A stretch of DNA of 64,000 nucleotides, taken from assembly GCF_006345805.1 (NCBI RefSeq), contig NC_043022.1, forward strand, positions 23,808,001-23,872,000, written 5' to 3'. Both the position numbers and the translations under genes were made by a program. This document shows, piece by piece, positions 23,472 through 35,192 of this stretch (position 1 is its first letter; each line of letters opens with the position of its first letter). This stretch comes from Octopus sinensis (taxonomy: Eukaryota). The notes below the pieces were generated by a model. It was given only the letters and a program-made list of their open reading frames with translations, had not been told where the DNA came from and searched no databases.

Positions 23472-23775
23472 TGTATGTTTGCATGTCTGTGTTTGTACCC
23501 CCCAACATCGCTTAACAACCGATGCTGGTGTGTTTACTTCCCCGTCACTTAGCGGTTCGGCAAAAGAGGCCGATAGAATAAGTACTAGGCTTACAAAGAA
23601 TAAGTCCTGGGGTCGATTTGCTCGACTAAAAGCAGTGCTCCTGCATGGCCACAGTCAAATGACTGAAACAAGTAAAAGACTATACGTTATGTATCGGAAA
23701 CATTTCATACGACGACCATGATGACGTCGCATTTTCTATATGAGTGTATTACCTTAAAAGAGATCCTTCATCACC

Positions 23776-23848
<73 letters not shown>

Positions 23849-23859
23849 GTGCGTGCACG

Positions 23860-24690
23860 GACACACGAAATCCCAATTTTGCTTTAGCACCATGGCTCTA
23901 TGCAATTGTTGCAATATCACTCTTTATGAAGGAGTTCTGCGTTTCCATGGTAAAAATAATACTGCCTTTACATTTTTCATGGAAAACGGTGTCCTGCCGT
24001 TTACCCACAATTGTCCGACATCTAATTTTCCATGTATTTTGCACGAGGAATGGTACGACGTCGCCATCGCCATTTTTATTGAAGAACTTTCTGGAAATCA
24101 CCCATGTTCCGCCTTGGAAGACTTTGCTTTTCGGCACAGCTTGGTCGCACAGATTAATCGAGGAAAACCTCGGATTCTGCCGTAAAACTTCTATAGATTG
24201 AAAATGTGCATAAATAGGATATATATTGTACAGGCCTCCCCCCCAAATCATAAACGACCCCCCCCTCTCCACATGAAATCGAAGCGTGCTAATTACCACC
24301 TTAAAATTTAGGCGCGAAAAATTGCTACAGGAACAATTGATGCCATTTCAAAACTGTTTTGCAACTTTGGACTTATGGATATATGGATCCTGGGATCCAT
24401 ATATCCAGTAATTTTAGCAGGTATGTAAAAGATTGTTTTAATACATTTTGACTTGTCTCACACAAACACTAACATGGTTTCTTTTTGTCCTGACATTGTT
24501 ACCACTAATTTTTTATTATACTTTTCAAACTTCTTTGATGTTTCAATGTAATGTAATCCACACTCCAGAAAACGATTTTCTGCAAAATGTCATCTTAAAA
24601 TATGTGTAAAGAAAGGGGACTGATGCAGATTCGCACCTCAACTTCAAAAGTGCATTTAAAAAAAAAGATTTCTTCGGAAACGTTTCTCTC

Positions 24691-24691
<1 letters not shown>
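23860..24691 (+). mobile_element. Internally deleted Merlin-like element
   Basis: N-terminal FFMENGVLP..NCPT..PCIL and FLEITHVPPWKTLLF...LGFCRKTSID; 24263-24682 is the inverse of 20691-21114; CC/GG terminus at 24691. Confidence 0.65.
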
Positions 24692-24737
<46 letters not shown>

Positions 24738-24782
24738 AAACAAGTCAAGATAGAAAATGCTAAAATAATTTTATAGTGAACA

Positions 24783-24826
24783 TTTCAGTACCGGTTTCGG
24801 TCATTTTGAGACCTTTTCAACTGTAA
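24783..24826 (-). ncRNA. Minimal type I hammerhead ribozyme with U3:A8 compensatory core
   Basis: CAG-TTGAAAA-GGTC-TCAAAAT-GACC-GAAA-CCGG-TA-CTG, within a ~120 bp cassette flanked by (TA)n. Confidence 0.8.
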
Positions 24827-25154
24827 CGATTAAATAATTAAATTTAGAAAAATTATATATATATATACATATATATATATGTGTGTGTGTATGTATGTAT
24901 GTATATATGTGTGTGTGTATATTTATATATGTATGTATGTGTGTGTGTATATATATGTATGTATGTATATATGTGTGAGTATATACGTGTGTGTATATAA
25001 TATATATATATATATAGAGAGAGAGGGGGGAAGTAATAACAAGTGAGTAAGAATAACGACGGAAGGGTTAAAAAAGCGTAAAAATAATTGAAGATAAAAT
25101 GAAAAAAAATGAAGCCAAAACATTAAGAATTATTGAAAGTGGGTAGAAAAAATA

Positions 25155-25690
25155 CTAGGTGGTGTAGTGGAACTACGCTAGGGTATCTGTAGAAAATTCA
25201 ATGTGATTTCGGAATATAACAAGGAAAAATTCGGATCTTGTGAATTTTCCGAGGTCCTCTCTGCACCTCCTTGGAAAAGATTTTCCCCTGAAATTTCTTT
25301 ATAATCGTAATGTATGCCGTTTAAAAGGTATTTCTACAAAATTTCATTGAAAAAAAAAACCCACTTTTCTAAAAGTTACGAGGGAAAAAGCTCGGATCTT
25401 GTGAATTTTTCGAAGTCTTCTCCTCACCCTCTTAGAAAAGATTTTTCCCACAGATTTCTTTATAATCGTAATGTATGCCGTTTGAAAGGTATTTCTATAA
25501 AATTTCTTTGAAAAAAAAAACCCATTTTCCTAAAAGTTACGAGGGGAAAGCTCAAGTCTTGTGAATTTTCCGAAGTCCTCTCCCCGAAAAGATTTTCACC
25601 ACAAATTGTAATGTATGTCCTTTGAAAGGTATTTCTATAAAATTTCGTTGAGAAAACCCCATTTTCCCCAAGTTACGAGGGAAAACATAA
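25155..25690 (-). repeat. Three tandem ~160 bp units, probably inside a non-autonomous Helitron
   Basis: Units ~25222-25381, 25382-25541, 25542-25680; weak hairpin and CTAG|T end at 25155. Confidence 0.7.
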
Positions 25691-25704
25691 ACCGAAGCTT
25701 TAAA

Positions 25705-25902
25705 ACAATTTTCCATGTATTTTGCACGAGGAATGGTACGACGTCGTCGCCATCTTTATTGAAGAACTTTCTGGAAAACACCCATGTTCCGCCTTGGAAG
25801 ACTTTGCTTTTCGGCACAGCTTGGTCGCACAGATTAATCGAGGAAAATCTCAGATTCTATAGATTGAAAATGTGCATAAATAGGATATATATTGTACAGG
25901 CT
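25705..25902 (+). repeat. Local duplicate of Merlin fragment 24025-24235
   Basis: Near-identical TTCCATGTATTTTGCACGAGG...GTACAGGC. Confidence 0.9.
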
Positions 25903-26460
25903 TTAAAAAAAAAGGGCCCAGATGAAGAATAGTCTGAATTGAGTTATGGGGCTGGAGCGAAGAATCGAACTCTGCACCCACCTCGTTTATCAAGCTGCTC
26001 TACGCGCTGGCCATGGACCACTTTCAACCAACAAGCTAACACAGAGGTCATCCAACCACAACGTGGCTGTCATTTGACGTTTAAACATGTTAGCTTGAGG
26101 AAACCGTTGTGTCTGGTGAACCACTCCCCTCTCACAGGGACGTCCAGCTGGGACGTTATTAATACAGCCTTTGTCTCAGACCTTCCCAAGGATGAACGAG
26201 GCAACCAAAGTACCTGGATGTTATCCCTTAAACGAGCTTACACCTGAACCCAACATAACACTGCAATCTCACAGCTTATATACCTATAAGCCATGGTATA
26301 TGCATAGGACACTGATCTCTCTTATGGTTATACTAAAGCAGAAATATAACATCTTTATTCAACACCATTCGCATATATCTATCCTAAGATATATATTAAT
26401 ATTTAACTGGGTCTGCTGCGTGGTTTTATTTGAAAATATTTATTTGTCTGTTAAACATTT
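25903..26460 (-). repeat. ~550 bp block duplicated at 34231-34787, ending in a tRNA-like Pol III unit (25905-26019)
   Basis: Direct repeat 8327 bp apart with only a handful of differences; A-box-like TGGCCAGCGCGT, B box GAGTTCGATTC, T-run terminator. Confidence 0.9.
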
Positions 26461-28469
26461 CCTGATATCGGAATTTACCATAAAATAAACAACTGCTCAA
26501 GAGAGGTAATTCAACAAGGGAGATAACTAATACAACTTTTGACGGACGATATTTATAAAAATAAATTATATTTAATTAGCCACGAAGTTAGCGAGGAAAA
26601 TATGCACAGAACCGATAAATACATTGTCCGATTCTCGGTGGATGGCTCTCAGTTACTTTGTTTTTGTATCTTCGATTCGTGCTTATAAAGATCAAATATA
26701 AGCTATCATCGAAAATTTCAGTCTTTTACGTTACCGTTTGCTGCTAATTATTGTTTATTTTTAAGAATAATTTTTAGCACAAACATGATGGTCACATATT
26801 TTTGACAGAAGGCAAGAGTGGATGACATCGATCTCGGTATGTATTTGGTACATACTCTATCGATCTCATGTTCCAGTGTACAATAATATACGTAGGCCAG
26901 CCGTCACGCAAGTTGTCGTAGTTTGGCCCCAGATCAGTTCCGATCGATCATAACTATGATCGGTCAGACCTATGATCGAAGGCATTCTAGCCATGATCAT
27001 TCCATCTGTTCAGGGTTATGTAGGACTACAACATCTAAAGTGCATTTTTACTTAATTAAAGAAAGTAAGGTGTCATTTAAGCGATTTTAGCTGTTATTTC
27101 TAGCAAACCGAGCGATCACTTAGATTTCTAAAGGAAGAAAAGGCTTCTTACATTATATAGGTGTGTAACAGACTAAGACATGGGGCTTTAGTGTGTCACG
27201 GACTAAGATGTCTAACTTTGGTGTATTACTGACTAGAGTCTATGGTTTTGGTGGTAACAGAAAGAGGCCCTCCAAACGAAATTTTGCGAAGCGGAACAAG
27301 ATTGATTTTGCGCTACCCCTAGCTCCTAGTTAGTAGTAGGGCGGATCCCTTCAAAACTGAAGGAACTGTGAGTTCTGTTTTTACTATCATTAATTTAATT
27401 TTCTTTCACTAAAGGAGGGACTCATCAGATATTATTCACAGGCCCATCCTTCGCCCTGTGGAGCAGAACTGATATAGCAACTAAGTTTCCACCGATCCCT
27501 CCACTTACAGACGCTGGTCACAAACTAAAAGTCTGGGGGCGAGATGGGTCATAAATTAAAATTTATGACCTGGAGGCAGATACAAATTGGAAGTGTGTTT
27601 GTGTGTGAGTGTGTTTGTGTGTGAGTGTGTGTGTTATATAGCAGTCAGTGACGTAGCTAATGGAGAGCAAGGAAAGTCACTGCTCCCCACGAGCACATTT
27701 TTCAAAATTGATGCCTTTCCAACAATTCTTTTTAACTCTTTAGTTGTCCATGTTAGTAGTTGTAAGCTTCAAACATAATGACTTTGTTACTAAAACACAA
27801 AATTAATGAATGTACAATACAATTACGTATATTATAATCAAAGAAATATTTCGTGTAATAGAAAAATGGATAAAAAAATGTTTGCTATTTCACTATTTTT
27901 ATTTCATCTAGTTTCAGCTCACGAGCTGTGGCCATGCTGGGCTATGTGTCACAGCGCTCTTTTTTCTTCTTTTTTTTTCCATATGCTCGCCTGTCCTAAC
28001 TTTAGAACCTGTCTAAGCTTCTAATAGCAGTTTGACTATCAGCATGAATGTCTCCAACTCTCACTACCCAACCACCTGCAAACCCTGTTTGCAGAAACAA
28101 AAATCAAACCTATATTTATACCCCGTATCCTCGTTACATTTCATTCTTCCGGAGTGAGGAGGAGGGAGAGGAGGCAATAAAATAAAGATTCTGATGAGAT
28201 TAGCTTCTTTTTATAGGTGCAGGCATAACTGTGGTAAGAAGCTTGCTTCTTAACCTCATGGTTGCCTGTTCAGTCCTAAATATATATATTTATGACCTCC
28301 TAATTTGATGTGATGAAAATGCTCATGCAGCATTTTATAACATGTTTGGTGTTATAAAATGCTATACTTCTTTAAGCTATGCTCACATGAGATATATAAG
28401 CTAAAGCAGGACGTTCTGTGTGTGAAGGCTATAGATTTGGCTCCCAAAATGAAAAGGGGAAAAGGTTCT

Positions 28470-29110
28470 TGGAATTTTGATTTGCATGACCTGCATGACC
28501 CTATGATCTGCAATACCAACTTCAGGAAACTAGCCAATCATTTGATCACTGATCAATCTGGTGACCACACTAACCCGATTGACTACATTTTAATCAGAAG
28601 GAAGGAGAGCTAAATAGGTGCTCATAAATGCAAAGATCTTCTCAAGTGAAGAGTGTACTCCTGAACAAACGTTAGCTGTTGGTGACTTCAAATTTCAAGC
28701 TAGAAGGACTCTGAGAAGCAAACCAGTTTGGAAATGCAAGATATGGAAGCTTAAGGATTCAATGAATAGTCAGAGATTCAGAGATGTCCTAAATGAAGCA
28801 TTTAGGAGGAAGTGATACATACATTTAACATAAAGGACAACTAACACTTCCTATGTTGAGGGCTACAGACAAAATCTGTGACTGGTGCAAAGTTCCAGCT
28901 GGACAAAAGGTGGTATGGTAGTGGAACAGTGAAGTAGACAGAGCCATCAACGCAAAGAAATGGGCCTAGAAGGACTGGAAGAGTGGGGTTAGCAGAGAAC
29001 TATACCAGGTATCTAGAATAGAATTTTGACAACAAATATATTTAGCTAGGGGAGCGGCAGAGTCGCCTAGGTTCTGCTGTGTGAGGACCAGAGGCAAGAG
29101 GTGTTTCTGG
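28470..29110 (+). mobile_element. RTE-type LINE relic (APE endonuclease C-terminus and linker)
   Basis: ICNTNFRK...HLIT..SG...IDYILIR...KIFSSEEC...KIWKLKD. Confidence 0.8.
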
Positions 29111-29329
29111 TCCTTATCTAATATCTGGAATGAAAAGAGAGATTTTAGCCTTAATGCATGGTGGTTAAATGTGGTTAATGGTGAAAGTTAATGCATCTGT
29201 TGCGTATGTGTTATTGTCAATGAATGAGCTCCTGCCCCTTTCATTGATAATAACACATACGTGACAGATGCATTAACTTTCACCATAGTTGTAAGCAAAC
29301 TGCATAACAGGAAGGCACCTGGAAGAGGT

Positions 29330-29690
29330 CTAATAACTGGATATTAGTACAAGAGGTAGATAAAGCTATCAGTATGTATATTCAAAAAGGATTATGGAAG
29401 GCGAAATTGACAAATCAAATTGGCTTGCTATAGCATGAACAAATCGTGTGACTGAGAACAAAACCACTGAGTTGGCAAAATACTAAAGGCTTGTTGCTTA
29501 CCTAAGCATTGTGAACAAGCTGTACACAAAATGCCCCAACCACTTCCTCCAGAATTATTTTGAGTCCAACAACATAGTGACTGATGAACAGGCAGGTGAA
29601 AAAAAGCAGTGAGCTCCTTAGTAAATATTCTGTTCCTGACGAACTTCCATACAATCCTTGAAATAACTAGACTAACATACGTCAAAGAAG
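29330..29690 (+). mobile_element. R4/Dong-type RT N-terminal relic
   Basis: Y*RLVAYLSIVNKLYTKC.NHFL...NNIVTDEQAGEKK. Confidence 0.5.
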
Positions 29691-29919
29691 AACTGGATGT
29701 GAAACCCTCAACATACCGAAATAATGTATGTGTGAGTATGTTTCCCTAAAAACTTGAAGATGACAGTAATATCAATAAAGTGCAACTTTATTTGAATTCT
29801 TGACCACTACATCATTGTAGCCCCAAGATACAACTGTAAATGTTGATTTTATTACATTTCTGTTGAATACATCACATATGTGGTAAGTAGCTGCCCAAAA
29901 TTTTCATCGAGGTAATAGC

Positions 29920-30340
29920 TTATTTCTTTACTGTCCACAAGGGGCTACACACAGAAGGGACAAACAAGGACAGACAAACGGATTAAGTCGATTATATTGA
30001 CCGCAGTGCATAACTGGTACTTATTTAATCGACCGCCCAATGGCATGAAAGACAAAGTCGACGTCAGCGGATTTTGAACTCAGAATGTAGCAGCAGACAA
30101 ATTACCTATTTCTTTACTACCCACAAGGGGCTAAACACGGAGGGGACAAACAAGGACAGACAAACAGAGTAAGTCGATTATATTGACCCCAGTGCATAAC
30201 TGGTACTTATTTAATCAACCCCCCGAAAGGATGAAAGACAAAGTCGACCTCAGCGGAATTTGAACTCAGAATGTAGCGGCAGACGAATTACCGCTAAGCA
30301 TTTCACTCGGCATGCTAACATTTCTGCCAGCTCGCCACCT
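29920..30340 (-). mobile_element. SINE family B, tandem dimer
   Basis: Two consecutive bodies starting TATTTCTTTACT..CCACAAGGGGCTA; a similar dimer lies at 46100-46500. Confidence 0.85.
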
Positions 30341-30479
30341 TTTTTTTTTTTATGTTGCATTGGTAATATCTCCCAATATAACTTTGTTGCTAAGATAATA
30401 TACACTACCATGCTCACGCCCCCTTAAAAAAACTGTCCTACACTACCCCCTCTGTTATTGAATACATACACAAACATCA

Positions 30480-30985
30480 ACACAACGAATATTGGCAGCA
30501 CATTCCCATCAAAAGTTCTATCAAGTGTAAAAATAACGTACCAGATATCGTTCTCTAGGATATACATGGAAAAGTATGTTCTGCCATACAATCCAGTTGC
30601 TCTGCTGATGTGAATATCTCTCTGAATATCAAAGAGAAAGAGGATAACCACAGACAACTGCTTCGAAACCTCCAGCTTCTGTATCCAGATTATAAATTCA
30701 CATTTACACCAATAATAATGGGTACACTTAGTTTTGTGAGAAAATGCCAAAATGGCAATTAAGATAAGATTTTTCAGGAAAAGAAGTCAACCAACTTAAT
30801 TGTAAACTCGCACATCAGAAATACAGTTTGTAAGTGGAACAGTAAAAATATGAAGAACTTTTTTCAAGTTTAAAATCTGGCATTGTTTTTGTTATCTACT
30901 TGCCAATGATGGAACTTTATATCTGTGTTAGAAACCAGCTCCTTCCTTACAGGAAGATGTTAAATAAATAAAAACAGAAAAGTAC
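30480..30985 (+). mobile_element. R4/Dong-clade LINE 3' end (restriction-like endonuclease)
   Basis: KCKNNVPDIVL*D...SCSADVNI...EKEDNH..LLRNLQLLYPDYKFTFTPIIMG; runs into (CATA)n. Confidence 0.8.
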
Positions 30986-31080
30986 ATATATACATACATT
31001 CATACATACATACATACATTCATACATGCATACATACATTAATACATACATACATACATACATACATGCATGCATGCATG

Positions 31081-31330
31081 TTTATACCTGTAATTATTGG
31101 GGTCCTGGGATATGTAACACACTGCCTAAATGCCAATCTTGAGAAATTAGGCTTCTCAAAACCAGATAGGAGAAAGCTAATTTGAATTCAATTGATCCAG
31201 TCCATCACTGGAACTGTAAAAATCTGTAAAACTTTCCAGAAGTTTATCATTTAAGTATAAATGAGCATGTCTAGACATGCAACAATATGCATGAGAATAC
31301 ATATATAAAGCAAAACATACAAATCTGCAC
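31081..31330 (+). mobile_element. 5'-truncated R4/Dong-clade LINE inside (CATA)n
   Basis: FIPVIIGVLGYVTHCL..NLEKLGF...GTVKICKTFQKFII* (stop 31252-31254). Confidence 0.8.
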
Positions 31331-31425
31331 ATATACATACAAACATACATACATACATACACACATACTCACACACACACACAGCTGCACCATCGTTGCA
31401 CAAGAAGAGCCATTACCAAAAAGAC

Positions 31426-33960
31426 TTACTGAAATGATTCATTATCGATGCCATGTGATGCACTTTTATGCCTTTTAAGCCCCACCAAAGTTTTACACAT
31501 TTTACTACATGCTACACAGTTGTGCTGGCTGGCAGGAGAGACAGATGCCACCGTATGCACTTTCTTAATATATCTTTTCAGACCTCCATCTGAGAGGCAC
31601 ATCTTTCCACATTTTACACATTTTCTGTTGTGAATCTTAATGGCCACATCACTGTTTATCATGGGTCGATTCCTGTGAGATGGCTGACCAGGCCTGCATG
31701 TCTCAAACATCTCTCACAAACCACACACACAAAAAGCAACACACCCCACCCTCTCCACGAGTTCCCTCCTTCTAAGCCCCCTCCCAATTCACTCATACTT
31801 CACTCTCTCCCTATCAAACCCAAAACAACCACTGTTTTCCTCCATCCATCCCAGTCTTGTGCCTCTCTCTCCCAATTACCAACTGCAATTCCTGTCTGTA
31901 TTAGAGCAATCCTTAAACCTTAGTTTAGGCTTATGCGCTGGTCTCCTGCTGTCTTCAAGCTCACCATACAATAGTTGCTTGGGCAGTCTCTCATCACTCA
32001 TCCTTATCAGATGCTCCCACACACACACACACATCAGATGTCTTTGTAGAATCATTGTCTCCATACTTCTACTGCCACTCCTCTCAAACACCTCCACATT
32101 ACTAATGGCCATTTTCCAGTTTATCCCCCAAATTTTTCTCAGACAGTATTGATGGTATTGTTCCATTTGCTTTACATGTCTACAGTAAATAACCCCTGCC
32201 TCACTCCCATATAGCAAAGATAGCAGGACGCATGCATTATGTACCCGTGGAAATATATTATGCCGTGTCCACAGATACCTATTAAGCCTACCAAAAGCAC
32301 TACTAGCCCTGCTGATTCTGTATGAAATTTCATCATGCAGGCCAGCAGTGCTCAAGGTAATTCCTAAATAAATTAATCTAGACACAGTCTCCAACCTGTG
32401 ACCATTCTCAGTTATAAAAGGTCCCACATACATCTTGGAGAGAGCAGGTTGGTACCTTTGAACATATTTTTTGTTTTCAGATTGATTGTTACACCCAATA
32501 CTGCATATGCTGCAGAAATCGCATTCAGCATGTGCTGCATATCTTTGTGGGAATGTGCAAACAGGTCACTATCATTTGTGGAGGCACATGGCCTAGTGGT
32601 TAGAGCAGCGGACTTGCGGTCGAAGGATTGCGGGTTCGAATCTCAGACCAGGCAATGTGTATGTTTATGAGCGAAACCCCTAAGCTCCACGCTGCTCCAG
32701 CAGAAGGTGATGGTGAACTTCTGCTGACTCTTTCGCCACAACTTTCTCTCACTCTTTCCTCCTGCATCTTGCAGCTCACCTGCGACGGACTGGCGTCCCG
32801 TCCAGGTGGGGAACCTATACGCCAAGGAAACTGGGAAACTGGCCCTTATGAGCCAGGCATGGCTCGAGAAGGAACAAACAAAACAATCATTTGCATGCAG
32901 GAACTCAACAAGGTGAGAATACAGAACTTTCGTTTTGGTATAGAGTCTTTTGAGATTGAACAGTTTTCCTGTTGTCCTTTATCTTATATAGACCCTTCAG
33001 TGCAATCTTCAAATAACAAACAATGTAGGAGCAGGAATATCACCTTGTTTTACACCATTTTCTACAGAAGTTGGATCTGATAAGGTACCTCCAACATTAA
33101 CTCTCACTTTTATCTTGTCATGAAACTGTCTAAGCATTCTCACAAATTTTTCAGGATCTCCTAAAGTGCAACTCTATTGACAGAATCAAATACTTTCGTT
33201 AGATCAATGAAAACCTGATATAAGTCCATATCCTGTTCGATGCACTTCCCTTGCAACTGTCTAGCTGAAAATATCATATCCATAGTACTTCTACTATCGC
33301 TAAAACCACAATGCCATTCTGGTAGAACCTCATCAGCAATGTGCAGAAGCAGTCTGTGTAGCATTGCCCTACAAAGGACCTTTTCAGCAATAGCTAACAG
33401 ACAGATGCCACAATAATTATCACGGACATCCTTTTCACCTTTCGATTTATATAGTAACTCCATAGTTGCATCATGCCAATCCATAGGAACCTCTTTACTA
33501 TTCCAAACCCTCTGAATCACATCTGTCGACATTGCACAGAGATGATCACCACCATATTTATGTATCTCTGCACCTTGTCCATTCATACCAGGTGCCTTTC
33601 CATTGTTCAATTCTCTGATTACTGCTTTTATTTCAGAGGTTTGGAATCTCTTCTAAAAGATGTTTTGTTGGTTTCTCAGGTATATTATCATGAAAAGAAA
33701 GGCAAACTTCTGTGGGTCTATTGAGCAACTCATCAAAATGCTCTTTCCATCTCCCATCAATATCTTACATACAAGAAAAAATACCCTGTTGTTGATGTTG
33801 AAATTCCAATGAAGTAGCCTTGGATCTAAGTGAGAAACTGGCGCTTTCTCTATTGGCAAGAAATCTTGAAATAAAACTGAACAATGACATACATACATCC
33901 CACAGCCAAACACTACTTGATGGTTGAGATCTCACACATATATTACAGTAAGTACCCTGA
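31426..33960 (-). mobile_element. RTE-BovB-like LINE relic with C-terminal zinc-finger-like motifs
   Basis: GKAPG...NYCGICLL...STMDMIFSARQLQ.KC.EQ...FIDLTK.FDSV; YLG; RLPKQLLYGEL; CxxC...GLKRH motifs at 31426-31710. Confidence 0.92.
32579..32885 (+). mobile_element. SINE family C variant inserted in the RTE, 8-bp TSD
   Basis: TSD ATCATTTG at 32571-32578 and 32886-32893; A box TGGCCTAGTGG, B box GGTTCGAATCT; inverse copy at 61198-61507. Confidence 0.92.
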
Positions 33961-34230
33961 GATTTGCCTAGGTTCTATATGCATTATTTTACATGGCTAT
34001 TGGGAGGTGAGCTAGAAGAATCGCTACTGTGTCAGACAAAATGCTTAGCATTTTTCTCGGCTTTTTATGTTCTAAGTTGAAATGTCACAGAGGTCGACTT
34101 CGCCTCTCATCTTTCAAGGTCGACAAAATAAGTACCAGATCAGCAATTGGACAACCGCCACATCTTGTTAGAACTATTTTACATGGCCGTGAGAAAACAT
34201 AATTAAATAAAATAATTTTAAAAAAACAAT

Positions 34231-34787
34231 TTTAAAAAAAAGGCTCAGATGAAGAATAGTCTGAATTGAGTTATGGGGCTGGAACGAAGAATCGAACTCT
34301 GCACCCACCTCGTTTATCAAGCTGCTCTACGCGCTGGCCATGGACCACTTTCAACCAACAAGCTAACACAGAGGTCATCCAACCACAACGTGGCTGTCAT
34401 TTGACGTTTAAACATGTTAGCTTGAGGAAACCGTTGTGTCTGGTGAACCACTCCCCTCTCACAGGGACGTCCAGCTGGGACGTTATTAATACAGCCTTTG
34501 TCTCAGACCTTCCCAAGGATGAACGAGGCAACCAAAGTACCTGAATGTTATCCCTTAAACGAGCTTACACCTGAACCCAGCATAACACTGCAATCTCACA
34601 GCTTATATACCTATAAGCCATGGTATATGCATAGGACACTGATCTCTCTTATGGTTATACTAAAGCAGAAATATAACATCTTTATTCAACACCATTCGCA
34701 TATATCTATCCTAAGATATATATTAATATTTAACTGGGTCTGCTGCGTGGTTTTACTTGAAAATATTCATTTGCCTGTTAAATATTT
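34231..34787 (-). repeat. Second copy of the Pol III-unit block (unit ~34234-34346)
   Basis: Matches 25903-26460. Confidence 0.9.
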
Positions 34788-35022
34788 GCTGAAATAAGCA
34801 TTCACTGCTAAATATTCATAAAAATAAGCATTTACTGCTAAATATACATAGATCTAAGGGAAGTAATTTAACAAGGGAAGTAAGTGAACGTACACTTCGA
34901 ATATGCAATATTCTAATAATTAACTATTATTGTATTTTTTTTTTCGACAATTGGATTGCGGTCATGCTGGAGCACTACCTTGAAAAGTTTAGTTAAACAA
35001 ACCACGGCCTGTACTTATTTTC

Positions 35023-35192
35023 GGCGATCCTTCGGTATAGGTACCGGCAGTGGCTTTGTCTACATTTCTGAAGATAACAAACCCTTTTCTCCCACCCCTA
35101 ACCCTAACCCTAACCCCATATATATATGTATAAAAAAAAACAATTTCTTGAAATGTAACCGGTACTTCCGGTACCTATACCGAAGTTACGCC
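35023..35192. mobile_element. 170-bp Merlin-type MITE with (CCCTAA)3, inserted in a SINE
   Basis: TIR GGCG...CTTCGGTATAGGTACCGG; 9-bp TSD CTTATTTTC (35014-35022 and 35193-35201). Confidence 0.9.

Larger units (their letters stand above)
22820..23680 (+). mobile_element. SINE family A, expanded TA linker containing a hammerhead hairpin insertion
   Basis: Head at 22820, tail GACTGAAACAAGTAAAAGA at ~23680. Confidence 0.9.

Noticed and set aside
25939-26247. 102-aa ORF repeated at 34266
   Set aside because: TTG start, antisense to the Pol III-like unit, and truncated by a stop in copy 2; similarity reflects recent duplication.
27400-27432. Minus-strand CTGATGA...GAAA
   Set aside because: No stem II or stem III pairing; chance match.
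31426-31710. Stand-alone C2H2 zinc-finger gene
   Set aside because: Collinear with and downstream of the RTE RT; best read as the LINE C-terminus.
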